A stretch of 64,000 bases of DNA from the human T2T-CHM13v2.0 reference genome, Homo sapiens. The stretch lies in NCBI RefSeq assembly GCF_009914755.1, contig NC_060940.1; one strand, given 5' to 3'. The translations under genes were made by a program, and so were the position numbers. Below the pieces are notes generated by a model, which saw only the letters and a list, made by a program, of their open reading frames with translations, ran no database searches and had not been told where the DNA came from. Numbering within the stretch: position 1 is the stretch's first letter; each line of letters opens with the position of its first letter. Positions 40,530 through 53,860 of this stretch are shown here, piece after piece.

Positions 40530-40775
40530 TATTTATTATTAATAATAATAGCTACCATTTAGTGGGCTTCCACTGTGTACCAGGTGCTGTGCTAAGCACT
40601 TTACAGTATCTGATTCAAGCCTCACAGCTTCCCAGTAAAACAGATATTATTATCCTCATTTTACTGATAATGAAGAGGCTCAGGAAGGTACAGTGACCTG
40701 CCCCAAAGCTCATGGCCTTTAAGAGCAGGGATTCAAAACCAGACCTGTCTTGACCCCAAAGTCTAAGGTGTTAAA
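40530..40775 (-). mobile_element. MIR (near full length)
   Basis: AATAATAATAGCTACCATTTAGTGGGC...CCAGGTGCTGTGCTAAGCACTTTACA...CCTCATTTTACTGAT...GGATTCAAAACCAG. Confidence 0.9.
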
Positions 40776-41091
40776 CTCGAGGGTCTCCTGCCTCCCTTTG
40801 TGGGTCTCTATGCCTGCCCTTGGGCTGGGTGCTAGCATTAATGTTTAATGAAGGAAGTGTTTCTGGAATTACACATTACAGGGCCTACTAGGTCTCTGGA
40901 CGTAATAGGGTTCATCCCAAAACATGCACAGTAAGAACAGGCTACAGCCTGGCCTGCAGCCCAGCTGGTGATTCTCTGCCCAGCCACTCACTGGGTCATC
41001 ATGTCTGCACAGGCTGGATGAGGGGACGTTAGCGCTGCCTTCCTGGAGCCCAAGGTCCAGCAGTTGAACAGATAAGAACCCTTCGTGATTG

Positions 41092-41838
41092 TGAAATGGG
41101 AGAGTTCCCTGGCTCCCCCCTCGCAGGATGTGCAACAAGGGTGTGGCTCTCTGTTCAGCCACTGCGAGCTCAAACCCCTTACGAGATGGGGAGCGTGCAG
41201 ACCAGCAGGTGCGGGAGCTGGGATGAGCGCTTTGGGCTCCGGCCCCACAGTAGTGTCTAGGGGTGGGTGTCTGTGACTCCTGAAGCCCAAGTGGGCATAT
41301 CGCAGTGCACTCTTTTAGCTTTGCTCTCCACAGATGGTTTAATGTTAACCCACTCAGTGCCCCCTTGGTCCCTGGGTCCTTGTCTGGCATCCAGGAAGAA
41401 TCAGGTCACACATGGACTTGAAGGATGAATGCCGGGGTTTTATTGAGTGGTGGAGGTAGCTCTCAGTGGATGAATGGGGAGCTGGAAGGGGGATGGAGTA
41501 GGAAGATGATCTTCCCCTCGAGTTTGGCCTTCCGGTGGCCAATCTCCTCTCTGATCATCCCCAGCCAAACTCCTCTCGGTGTTCAGACTCTCATATTCTT
41601 CTCTCTTTCTCTGCCATGCCATTCTGCCATTTGTTTGCTCATCTCCTTCTGGAGTCTGGGGCTTGGGGTTTATATGGTACAGGATGGGAGGCATGGCCAG
41701 CCAAAAGGCAACTTTTTGAGCACAGTAACAGGAATGCCTGTTCTCACTTAGGGCCACAGATTTCCAGGCTTGAGGGTGGGGTCCTTGCCTGGGAACCACC
41801 TCTTCTTCTTAGTATTTTCCTGTCTCCTGTCTCTATCA
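41092..41838 (-). mobile_element. ERV1 solo LTR, LTR1-family-like (MER4 group)
   Basis: Minus strand reads TGATAGAGACAGGAGACAGGAAAATACT...CCCCACCCTCAAGCCTGG...CATATAAACC...CAATAAAA...CCCATTTCA with TG...CA ends. Confidence 0.85.
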
Positions 41839-42681
41839 AAAGGGTTGATGAAGGGGAGCCAAGGAGAGGGGAAAGCTTTCTCATGGAAACAACATCCGAG
41901 CTGGAGCATGTGGGTCCCTGAAATCACATAGCAGACCACAAGAGGGAAGGACACCCTTAGTAGAAGGAGGAGCTTATACACAGGATGGCACAGGGCACCC
42001 CAGAAGGGCAGGTTCCTACAGCAGAGGGTGTGAGAGCTCATGGGGCGGAAGCAGGAGGCAACAATGGGAAGGAAGTTTGGTGCAAGCATCAGCCTAGACG
42101 GGGCGTCCTATCATATGGGCAGTCAGAGGGATAGTAGCCAGGCCCCAGGCCCTGTTCAGCCCCACCCCTGCCAGGGCTCCACATCCAGGGAAGATGTGGA
42201 TTCAGAAAGGGGCAATTGCACTAAGCGGCATGGCCCACACCTCGGGAGTCAGGTCCTGATTCAAACCTCACCCCAGGAAAGACATTTTCAGAAACATTAG
42301 GAGCACCAACTTTAAAACTTCCCCAGTCCCTTCGCACAAAGTCCGTCTGCCTCCCAACCCAACCCTGTGACTGCCCTCTTCTGGAGAGAAGGCTGAGAGG
42401 AGGGGAGGGAAATTGTCGGAAATCTTATCAAGGGAGACAACCTTGCCCTTGATTCTGCCAGTTCTTATCGCATCCTCTGACGTTCCAAGCAGGCCACAGC
42501 CAGACTCTTTGGTGCCTGCAACAAACCTCAAGAATCCTGAATTCTGGATGCAACTCACATGTAAAGTCAAACAGGCCTGCCTTGCCGGTTAGCCTCAGCC
42601 TTAACCTTAACGTCATCTAAATCTCAGCTCCTGGGCTCATGACTCCAAGGCCTGAGACCGGCTGTCTTAGGGAGCCTCTAA

Positions 42682-43002
<321 letters not shown>

Positions 43003-43404
43003 CTAAGATGATATCAGCTCCTGCAGAGGTAAAATAAGTTAGAGAAGAATCTGGAAGTTTTCTGCCTCCTCCAAGTTCTTTTTAACATTCTACCTGCTTG
43101 GGAATGCTGTATTCCAGCCACGGATCTCTGTTTGAGAAAGTTTACCTCACTGGCATCGTGCCCTTACAAGCTCCAGGACCCACTTTCACTCTAGACCCTG
43201 AGGACAAGCCCTATACATGAGATGAGGGAGATGGACAATTCATCAGGCCTGAAAGGCAAGGGACCCGCTGCAGAGGGCAGGTTACAGAGGCTCCATTACA
43301 GGGAAATCCTCAGAGGAGGAAAAGGAGGCTGGCAGGGAGGCTCCAAGTCTGTCATCACAGTCAGCCCTGGTGACTACGGCAGAAAAGCAGTCAGGACTCA
43401 TCCA

Positions 43405-43752
43405 GTCTGTCCTCTGTGCACATGCTAAGCCCTCTGCCAGGCATCCTCTCCCCTACCCCACATCTCTACTTGGAAATTTCTTCCTTTAAGGTGCAGCTTC
43501 AGGGTCAGCTCCTCCCAGAGGCCCTCCTAACTCCCCCAGGGCCAGTTATCTGTCCCTTCCTCTCCACTCACATGCCACATGTGGCATGTGAATTCCTCTG
43601 CAGAATTCAAAGTGGGTTATCATCATGGGATTAGAGTCCTCCAGTCTAGACCGTAGACTCCTTCCAAACAGAGTCCAAAACTTACTCATCACTGCATCCT
43701 GGGGACTTGAGATAAAGCCTTACCCTTAGTAGGTCCTCAACAAATATTTTTT
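43405..43752 (+). mobile_element. L2 3' end
   Basis: CCTCTGTGCACATGCT...CCTTTAAGGTGCAGCTTCAGGGTCAGCTCCTCC...TAGTAGGTCCTCAACAAATATTT. Confidence 0.75.
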
Positions 43753-44035
43753 GGAGGGGAAAGAAAAGTAGGAAGGAAGGGAGGGAAAGAGAGAGGTGGG
43801 GAAAGAAGGAAGAAAGAAAGAGAAAAAGAAAGAAAGAGAGGGAAAGAAAGAAAGAAGGAAGGAAGGGAGGAAGGAAGGAAGGAAGGAAAGAAAGAGAAAA
43901 GAAAGAAAGAAAGAAAAGGAAAGAAGGGGAGGAAGAGGAAGAAGGAGAAGGAGAAGAAGAAGAAGAGGAGGAGGAGGAGAGGGAGGAAGGGAGAGAAGGA
44001 AAGAAGGGGGGGAAGGAGAGAGGGAGGAAGGAAGA
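43753..44035. repeat. GA-rich polypurine tract
   Basis: Only 2 pyrimidines in 283 bp; mixed (GAAA)n, (GGAA)5, (GAA)n and (GAG)n. Confidence 0.97.
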
Positions 44036-45755
44036 TGTATAGATACATTCAAATAATGAATGCCTATAATTTAAAAAAGCATATGAGCTTGTGGATAAGA
44101 AGGGAGATGACTCCTGCATCTTTCACCTCCTGATCAGTATTCCAGTGGGAATGAGTATCCTCATCACTGCTGACATGACTCTTCAGCATCTAGGAGATGT
44201 CCAAGGCTCCCCCAGTGCCTGCCTCCCAAGAGGAGGGGCACCGGTAAAGACAGAGGTCTACATGGTGTGGGTAAAGGCCTGAAGCCTGGCTCTAAGGAGG
44301 AAATTGGAACAATGGTTGCATGATGTCAAAAGTCTCTGTCTCTACTGTAACTTTCACCCAGGCTAGTTCCCCTCCCATCACCATAGCAACCCACATCCTC
44401 AACAAGGTTCAGGGTTCAGCAAGAGCCATGGGAGGAGAGAGAGCGCGTCCTTGTGGCCTTCACACCATGCTGGTGTTCCCAGCTGGTGGCCTGGTTTTCT
44501 TCTGTTGGTTCTTAGCACCTTGGGTCACATAGTGCCCATTCATAAACTAAAAGTCCCCACTGCTTGATATCCCCAGATATCTGTGAAGGTTGCCTTTTAC
44601 TGGGCAGGGTAAGCTGCTCAGAGCTCTCTGAATGAATAACTACTAGGAATCTGGAGTAAAGTCGTTCTAATGAACTCTTCTCCATCCTCCCTCTCCCAAA
44701 AGGAAAGGCCTCACCTCTCTGTGAAAATGCACTTCCTGTTGTATTAAGAAGCAAGGCCTGACCGCACTCCTATGCTCTGTTAGTTGGCATGTTCCCTAAG
44801 TTGGCATGTAGGGTCTACATAATTTGAGTATATTTCTGGTTTGTTGAATCTGGATATGGAGAAATTCCATCCCCCACAAAAAAAAAAAAACTTCCCTAAG
44901 ATTTTGGGTAAAGCCTAGATGCTTTCGAGGGGTCCCTGAAATGTCAACTTTCTACCATAAGGAAATAGGAGGAGGCCTGGATCAGAAAACTGTGGGTCTG
45001 TCATGGTGACAAACAGTTTCCATCCTGCAAACAATCTGGATTGCCCTGGTGATGGGCAGGGCCAAAACAGGGCCAGGACTATGAAATATTGCAATGAGTG
45101 GAGGGTTTCCTTGGATAAACTTTATCGAGACATCCACAATAGATCTCTCACACTGATGCAAACATCCTGAGGCCAACCTTTCTCCTAACATTATGCCCCA
45201 TCACAAACCTCTTTCTTCTGTGTCTAACTCAAGGGCTCCAGAAAGACATTGTCTACCTATAAAAGGCTCGGGCACAAGTGGAAGATACACAATGGTTCTA
45301 TTTGATCAGCATCAGAAAATAAGGCAAATACCAAAATTCCAGAAGTCCTCATAAATCTGGCTGCAAAGTTTCTAAGACAATTTGGGATTCAGGCAATGAC
45401 TACAGGAAATGATGGCTTCTCCCTATCAAGGAAGCAGGTCAGTGCCTGCCCTGGGAACAAAGGGAGGGGAGGTAGGGCACTGGGTCCTGCAATGGCTCTG
45501 GTGTCAGAACCCCACCCTTGAGCAGAGGCTGGGCGGGGGTCTCCGTATTTCTGTCTGGGTGAGCATCAGCAGGCCAGTGCTCCCTCAGCATCTGTGGTCC
45601 ACTCAGGGATTTGGGTCCAGGTCTCCCCTTTCATCAGAAACAGAGCTAAATGTTACTTCTTCATCGGCTTCTGTGATACTGAAGTCACATGGCTCAGGAT
45701 TCAGGACCTTGGGGTGGACCCCTAGGGAAAGTGGGCTGGCTTCATTCTCTTAGGT

Positions 45756-45961
45756 CAATGGTTTTCCAACTGTGCTCCAGAGATTCCCTAAAGTACCCCC
45801 CAACCCTGCCAGACAAGCTGAAGGAAGGCAGAGCTGACAACCCTCATCTCAGCCTTGGACCCATTCCCTTCACTTTTCTGCATTTTACACATTGAACGTG
45901 TCCACAGGAGATTTTGTTTCAAAACTGGTTTCCATTACCTTAAAAATAGTTGGAAATCATT
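45756..45961. mobile_element. Short hAT-Charlie-type non-autonomous DNA transposon
   Basis: Imperfect terminal inverted repeats CAATGGTTTTCCAACT / AGTTGGAAATCATT. Confidence 0.55.
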
Positions 45962-47796
45962 TCAGATTTTCAAAGTAAAACAGTAAGCCATTCTGGCTCT
46001 TCTGGCTCTTGGGCATTTGGGCATTAGGGCTTTATAAGTGAATTTCCACTTTTACTTTTTTTTTTTTTTTTTTAAGTGTTGAAGGCTGGGCCATTAGGCC
46101 ATCTCTGCAGACTGTTGCAAACCCAGTACTGGGCTCTGCAGGCTGTTTTATGGTCACGTGGTTATTTGTGTGCCGAACACCAGGGCTTGGCAATAATGGC
46201 TTGGCTCTCCCGAGGTGCAGAGGACTTGCAAACTGGGAGACATTTCTAATACTGTGTGTGTGTGCATGTGTGTGTAGGTATGCAAACATATACAGTGGTG
46301 TCTGTATGAAGTCAGTACTTTAATACTTTTTTTGAATTCCCCCCACTGCTGCATGTTTCTAGGCTGTTCCCTGAGTTCCAGCCCTGTACATTCCAGGAAC
46401 TTGCTTTCACAATTCACAGAGCCAATTCTGGTTTGGGGAAAAAATGGGAAGGGTCCCTGATCCATTGTCCTTGAAGGCCCCCAAGGCAGAACTAGGGCCA
46501 CCTAGAAAGTTAAGGAGAGATCAAACACGTCTCAGTGGAAGAAAGATCCTCATGGCAATAAGAGCTGTTAGGGAAACAAGGGCATGCACAGTTCATTTGC
46601 AGAGATAAGATTTGACTATTCCTGGCTCCTGATCCAGCGCCCCATTCCATCTTCTATGCCTGACCAAAAGCGGTGACAGGCCTCAGGCCATGCTGCTACC
46701 AGAGTTTGGTGAAGGGAAGCAACAATGGGTTTAAGGAGCCCCAAGTCTTTGAGGTGAGGTCTGCCTCTCTAGTTCAGGCACCTATGAACAAGACTCCCCC
46801 AGGAGACAGAGGAACTGAAGAAGGAAGTCTACCAGCAATGAGATGCCAGATCAAGATGGGTCCCCGTATTTCACTGTCTTGATACCTAATGTTGAAGAAA
46901 CATATCAGCAAAGAGCACCGTGCCCTGGCTCCTCACTCAGCCTTCAGCCCAATACAGAGGCAGCCGCTGGCTCTCCAAGAGCACCAACCTTCAAAGGAAA
47001 ATCCTATGAGGGAGAGGAGGTGTGAATTTTGGCAGCACTACTGTTGTATGTGTATGTGTCTGTGTTTTCCAAAACACATGGGGTAAACAAGCCAGTGTAA
47101 AAATAGACTGCAGCAAAGGAACGGGAGTGGAGCTGCCTCCTGCAGGTGTGAGTGACTGTGCTGCTGATTACTTCTTGGAAAGCAGTCTCCAGGAGGGACT
47201 GATCAGACAGAGGAGTGGGGCCAAGGAGGATGCAAAACGGAACTGGCTGCACCCTTGATCACCAAATAAACCTGTCTGTCCCCCAACCTGGGGCTTAACA
47301 TCAGACAGCACAGCTTGGATTTCATAATTCCCCAGTGCAGACCACAGTCTCCTTTTCCTCCTGTGCTGGGAGGGGCAGGCCCCACAGGCCTTTTTGATTT
47401 CTGGTCTAGAGGCCCTTTGTTAAATCAGATACTACAGAACAAGCAGTGGAATGCGGCATCTTTCCCAAACAGAGGTCCTGAGGGGTTACTACCTGGATCA
47501 GGGTCAGTGTCACCTCAATCCTGGGAGAAACCATTGGGCAAAATGGACTCCAAGCAAGTACGCTCTCCTTCATTAACCAAGCCAGCAAACCCTCGTGGAA
47601 AGGAAGTAAATGGAGCCATCCACCCATACATTAAATGTTTGCCAAGGGTCTGCCACACTATGCATCTGTGCTAGGCCTGGGGCATATAGTGGGACCAAGA
47701 CACCCAGCCCTTGCCCTTGTGGAGGAGAGGGAGGATACTAGATCATTGGGTGTTGGCTCCATTATCTAGATTGATGCTCTAAAGAAGAAACACCCA

Positions 47797-48089
47797 GGCC
47801 GGGCACGGTGGCTCACACCTGTAATCCCAGCACTCTGGGAGGCTGAGGTGGGTGGATCACAAGGTCAAGAGATCGAGACCATCCTGGCCAACATGGTGAA
47901 ATCCTGTCTCTACTAAAAATACAAAAATTAGCTGGGCGTGGTGGTATGCTCCTGAAGTCCCAGCTACTCAGAAGGCTGAGGCTAGAGAATTGCTTGAACC
48001 TGGGAGGCAGATGTTGCAGTGAGCCAAGATCATGCCACTGCACTCCAGCTTGGCGACAGAGCGAGATTCCATCTCAAAAAAAAAAGAAG
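47797..48089 (+). mobile_element. Full-length AluSc-like, 14-bp TSD
   Basis: GGTCAAGAGATCGAGACCATCCTGGCC and TTGGCGACAG; TSD AAGAAGAAACACCC at 47782-47795 and 48090-48103. Confidence 0.97.
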
Positions 48090-48355
48090 AAGAAGAAACA
48101 CCCTTGGGTGGGGAAGAAGTTGGGCTTTCTCATGGACATCCTGAGCCTGATGGCTAGAAAGCCATCAAAGCAGACTGGTCAATGAGGCTTTGGATTTTGG
48201 AGTCTAGAGCAGAGCAAAACATTGAACCAGAAAGGACTGTGGGAGCCAGGAGCCTAGGTGGTGGAGCTCATATGGAGCAGATGAGCGTCCCCTGTGAGCA
48301 GTGTGGAGAATGAACCAGAGAAACACCAACACTGGTGGGATAAAAAGGTGAAAAA

Positions 48356-48663
<308 letters not shown>

Positions 48664-48963
48664 TTTTTTAAAAGGGAAAAATAATAATGAGTCTGAGGAG
48701 TGTCCAAAGAGCCAGAAGGAAACCAGAGGGGGCTCTGACCAGGAGGGAAGGCTCATCTGAGTCCATTGGTGCCAGGAGGTCAAGTGAGATAAACACTGGA
48801 GATCTTAATAAGGAAAATGCTCATGTCACCTTAAGGATAACAGCGAACTTCTAGTGCACTGAGGGTGAGCAGGTGAGGCCAGTGCAAGATGCAAAGGCAG
48901 TGAGAGGCAACAGGTTGTAGCTAGAAGAAGGGGGAGTGGGGTTGAGAAAGCTATATTTGGTTT

Positions 48964-49597
48964 TGAGAGCGGCAGCGCAGCAGGAGGCAGCCAAATGCCT
49001 AGGCAGATAGGGGTGGGTCCCGAGTGAAGCCCCACCTCCAAGCCGAAGACAGTTTAAAGCCTGAAAGCCAAGCTACAAGTTAAATCCTTAGACTGGATTG
49101 AGGACTTGTCTTCCTGTTTGGCACGTTTTCCTCAGATTGGTCCCCATCCTTCACCTGTTTTACACATACCTACTCTTTCCTAATTGTGTCTTCTACACTG
49201 CTATGCCCGCCTTTGAGTGGTGTCTTCGCTTTAACCTTTTTTGCATACTCACAAACCAATCAGCACGCACTCCCCATTCTGAGTCCATAAAAGGCCCTGG
49301 ACCCAGCCACATGAGGAACTTTACCACCTTTGGGTAGGGGGACCAACCCTGCGTCCCCCTTCTGCTGAAAGCCGTTTTCATTGCTCAATAAAATTCTTCT
49401 CCACCCTCCTCATCCTTGAATGTCCAGTGTATCCTTATTCTTCTTGGGTGAAGTGCAAGAGCTCAGGAACTGCCAAACATGGGTACAAGCTATAACACAG
49501 GTGAGCCACGCCAGCATCGCCAAGTGAGGCCTGGGTGGGTCATCGCCAGCCAGGAATCCCAGCTTGCAAAGAGACTAAGAAGAAAAATCCTATGTCA
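48964..49597 (+). mobile_element. ERV1 solo LTR, LTR27/LTR28-like (MER4 group)
   Basis: TG...CA ends, GGAGGCAGCCAAATGCCTAGGCAGATAGGGG, CCAAT box (~49257), CATAAAA (~49286), AATAAA (~49387); 4-bp TSD GTTT/ATTT. Confidence 0.85.
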
Positions 49598-49839
49598 ATT
49601 TCTTTGGAATGGAAAGACTGGGCACAGCTCAAGGCTGTTGGGAGTCAGGGGATAAGCTAAGAAGAGGGAAGGGTCAAGAAAGGAATAGGCTGCCAAGCCC
49701 AGGCAGGCAGGAATGTGGCAGTGAGCCCAAGTAGACTTGTCCTTGGCAGGCCATTCGTCCCATATTGGAAAGGGGGAAAGAGGAGATTGCTCGGGAAGCC
49801 TCCTGGGTCTGTAGGGCATTCTCATTTGATACCAGGAGG

Positions 49840-49990
49840 CAATTCTCACAAAGACCTAGAACAGATGAGGAAATAGAGACTGTAAGAGGCTAGACGACCT
49901 GGCTGCCTTCACAGAGCCAGTGAGCAGCCACACCAAAATTCAAACCCAGATCTACCTGACTCCAAAATCTATGCTCTTAATACCACATGC
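49840..49990 (-). mobile_element. MIR fragment
   Basis: ACAGATGAGGAAATAGAGAC...ATTCAAACCCAGATCTACCTGACTCCAAAATCTATGCTCTTAA. Confidence 0.85.
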
Positions 49991-50239
49991 CTAGTAAGAA
50001 GAATAAAAGTAGCTTATTTCCCCTCTGGATCCTTCTCTTTAAGTTTCCTTTTCAAAGTTATCTCTTGCTGGGGGAGAAGAGGGAGGCCGGCTGTGTCACT
50101 CTACTCTGGCTCCGAGGAGGGTATTAGCCTGGGGAATTAGTGCAGCTTTTACCACTTCCTTATGACAGGCCTGCCGTCTGCGGGGCCTTCCTCTTCAAAG
50201 GATAAAACAATTCAAAAACAGGAGACTTGCAGGGGAGAG

Positions 50240-50460
50240 CAATGAATCTCCAGGGCCCTGCTAATTAAAAAGCCCGTATTACATTACTTCCTCAAGGACT
50301 CATCTTCTAATTTTTAGGATTATGGTACATTGATTAATTTATACAAGTTTTTAATCCCTCTGTGCTTAATGAAGTCCAGGAACATTGGAACAGGAGCATA
50401 AATGAGCTTCATATTATTTTATTAGAGAGAATTATGGCCCAACCTGTCGTGAAGAAGTTT
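50240..50460. promoter_or_regulatory. Candidate homeodomain-rich enhancer
   Basis: TAATTA, GGATTA, TGATTAAT, TAATCC and CATAAA clustered in an AT-rich island; function is inferred only. Confidence 0.3.
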
Positions 50461-51543
50461 GTGAGGGTGGGGAGGCAGCCCTCAAGCTATTAACCCATTG
50501 CTTTCCAAATGCCAGCAGGGACATTCTTTTGGGGCAGACACAGAGGGAACTCATCTTTCTAAGCCACTCTTCTGTAGTTGCTGGTTGCCTGGAAGGAAAG
50601 TGTCGTCTTTCTTATGGGATGCAGTGCCCGTCCCCACCCTGGCACAGCCACCCTCCTGTACCTGCTGCCCCACCTACCCCACTCCCAGTGCCCATTTCCA
50701 CCAGGCTGCCCCCACACCTGTCCCTGCTGTCCTCTGTGCCCCCTGATGACAATGCACTGACGCAGGCTCATCCTTTGATTCCGGCTCAAGCACCGTCTCC
50801 TCCGGGAGCCTCCCTGGACCACTTCTCTGCCAGGCAAAATTCATCTCTCCTTCTTTTGTAGCAGAAGGCGCTAGATCATCCAGGATCCCAGATTTTTCAA
50901 AATCGGGGAAGTTGGGCTAAAAGACCCTCCGACATCTACGTCTCAATCTTGGCAGCTCCCACCCCAAGGGAATTTAATTACTTACCTTGATATGACACAA
51001 AGACCAAAACACTTCATGATGAAGTGATGGAGGAAGGAGGTGAGCAGATTGGGGGAGACCTCCTCCCCAGTGACCATCACCCAGGCTGTGCAAAAGGCCT
51101 AAACTGGGACCCAGGTGACTTGGGCTCCATCCCAGGCTCTGCCTCTAAGTCTCTGTGCAGCCCTGGATGCGTTCTCTTCTCTAGATCTCAATTTCCTCAG
51201 CTGAGAACTCAGGCAGAGGACCTCACTCTGGCTCCTAGGAATTCTATTAGAGAATTCCAGGACTTCCTACAAATCATCAGGCTCTGGCCCAGGGCTCCAG
51301 GATTTAGGTGCCACACCATTTGGAAGCTAGAACTGGAGCTGCAGGTAAGAAACCAATGGAGAAGGCTGCCAGTTTTCCTGAGTCTGGAAGATTCCAGGAC
51401 TAAGGAATCCTTCACCCCAGAGGGCTGGCCCAGCTCCGGTTCCTAAGGAAGCAGGTCTCAAAAGCTGAGTTCTATTTTGATTTTTGCCTCCTCCATCAAC
51501 TTATCCTTGCTAAAAAAAATTCATAGCTCTCTCTCTGTCTCTC

Positions 51544-51917
51544 TGTCTTCATCTGCTTGGGCCGTCATAACCAAATAGTACAGATGGGATGGCTTAAACA
51601 ACAGAAATTTATTTTCCCACAGTTCTGGAGGCTCGAAGTCCAAGACCAGGGTGCCAGTATGTCTGCTTTCTAGTGGGGACCCTCTTCCTGGAGTATAGAC
51701 CACCTTCTCACTGTATCCTCATGTGGGGAAAAAGACCAAGCAAACTCTCTTGTGCCTCTTCTTAGAACGGCAATAATCCTACCATGAAGACCCCACCCTC
51801 ATGGCCTCATCTAAACCTAATTACCTCCAAAGGCCCTGTCTCCAAATACCATCACACTGGCGATGAGGGCTTCAACATATGAACTGGATTGCTGTGAACA
51901 CAATTCAGTTCACAGCA
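51544..51917 (-). mobile_element. MLT1A/A0-like solo LTR with 5-bp TSD
   Basis: GGCTTAAACAACAGAAATTTATTTTCCCACAGTTCTGGAGGC...CTAATTACCTCC...CTTCAACATATGAA; TSD CTCTC at 51539-51543 and 51918-51922. Confidence 0.92.
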
Positions 51918-52460
51918 CTCTCTCCTCCCTATAGAATAAAAGGAATACCCATTAAAAAAAACAGCTTCAAAACAAGGTAAAGGGAATTTTCTGGAGCTCT
52001 CGGTGCCACTAAAGTCACAACCCAAGAGTAGCTCACTATTCATAAGGGAGAATGAGAGTAAGGATGGTGCTCTGGCCTCTCTCAACCCTTCTCCAAGCAA
52101 GGTTTGTGGCTCCCATGAGAGAGCTTCCTTCAAATAATTTTTTCCAAGGGAACAGATTGGTGCCTAAAATTGATCTGTCATGGGATAGGAAGAAAAGGGA
52201 TTTTGTGCTTAAGAAAGAATCTAAATCCTAGCCTATGATTCAGCATCATATAATTCAGTGCTTTTGTTTTGCAGGTGAGGAAACTGAGGCCCAGAGAGAG
52301 AGAGAGGAGAAGCTGTGCTAAAGGAATCAACAGGGGTTCCTAACACCCAGGCCCCAAGCCCAACCCCGAATTCCTGATGCCTTCCCTTCAGAAAATGCTC
52401 TAAATGGGGGCCATGAAAGAAATCTGGCCTCCAACCATGGCATCCTGTGTGAAGCACTGA

Positions 52461-52812
<352 letters not shown>

Positions 52813-52819
52813 AGATGAC

Positions 52820-53860
52820 CAGCTTTCAATTGGGGGTTCAAAACCCCATGCCCCAGGGCTCACAAACACATCTGAGGGTTTTCAGTCATTATGGTGATAA
52901 AACTGTCTGCTTCGATTTTATTCTTTAAAAAACAATAAACACAATTATCAATGGAAATGTTTTCTGTTTAAAGCGGAATGTTTCGAGAGCCTTCCAGGGC
53001 TGGCCAAGGGCATCTGTGAAGGGTTCAGCAGAGGTCAGCTGGCAGTGGGTCTGAAACATCAGGTTTTTCCCCATAGGATGTGGGAATACATGAGGAACAC
53101 AAAAGTGATGCCAATTCACCCCCAGACCATCTCCACCAGGATTAGAAATTGCATCCATCTGAACAAAATGCTAAAGGAACTCATCAAGCTGTCTCCACAA
53201 CTTCAAAAGTCATTTTCTAAAGAGAAAATAGAGTAACTATCTGTCCAATTGACATTGTATTTATTAAAAATAAAGACCAGCTGCAGCCTGTGGGATGTTA
53301 TTAGTGAAGACAGGCTTGCAAAAGTAGCCTGAAACCCTCTCTCATGTCATTTAGAAACAAAATGCTAAATTTACTTAAAAGAACAGTTTTAATTGTAAGC
53401 AAAATTTTAGGCATCTCAAATGTCAGAGCATAAAAACAACGTGTACCTATTTCTGAAGCTGTAATGTAAGGTCAAATTTTGGGTCACATGAAGTATATAT
53501 TTGATCCCAAACCCAAACATGGTGGCAAATGTCAATTTTTAATCTATTTGCCAGCAAATCATGCTTTTTCATACTTCATGAAGTGTCACTGGTCATTTCT
53601 TAACTGACAAAAGGTCAAAATTTGCCTTTTCTATATTATGAATATGATTTATAATTTTATTTTAAAGGGTTTTAAAAACTCAGGTTTTAATAATACATCA
53701 TGTAATACCATTTCTTGCCTAAAAGTCACATTTTTAGCCTTTATCACATGAAAACTTTTTTTAAAGACATTTGAAAATTCAAAAAGGGTATTTTTTTTGA
53801 GACAATTTCTTACTATGAAGGAAAATCTTCAAGCCAAAAAATGTTGGGAAGTGTAGGTCC
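52820..53860. mobile_element. Probable decayed hAT/Charlie DNA transposon remnant
   Basis: AT-rich body ending AAAAAATGTTGGGAAGTG, like a Charlie-type TIR; family uncertain. Confidence 0.35.

Noticed and set aside
40869-41921. Cluster of 100-170-aa ORFs
   Set aside because: They lie largely in a solo LTR and show no gag, pol or env motifs.
43682-44119. S/F/L-rich and R/K/E-rich ORFs
   Set aside because: Artefacts of the polypurine tract, which cannot contain stop codons.
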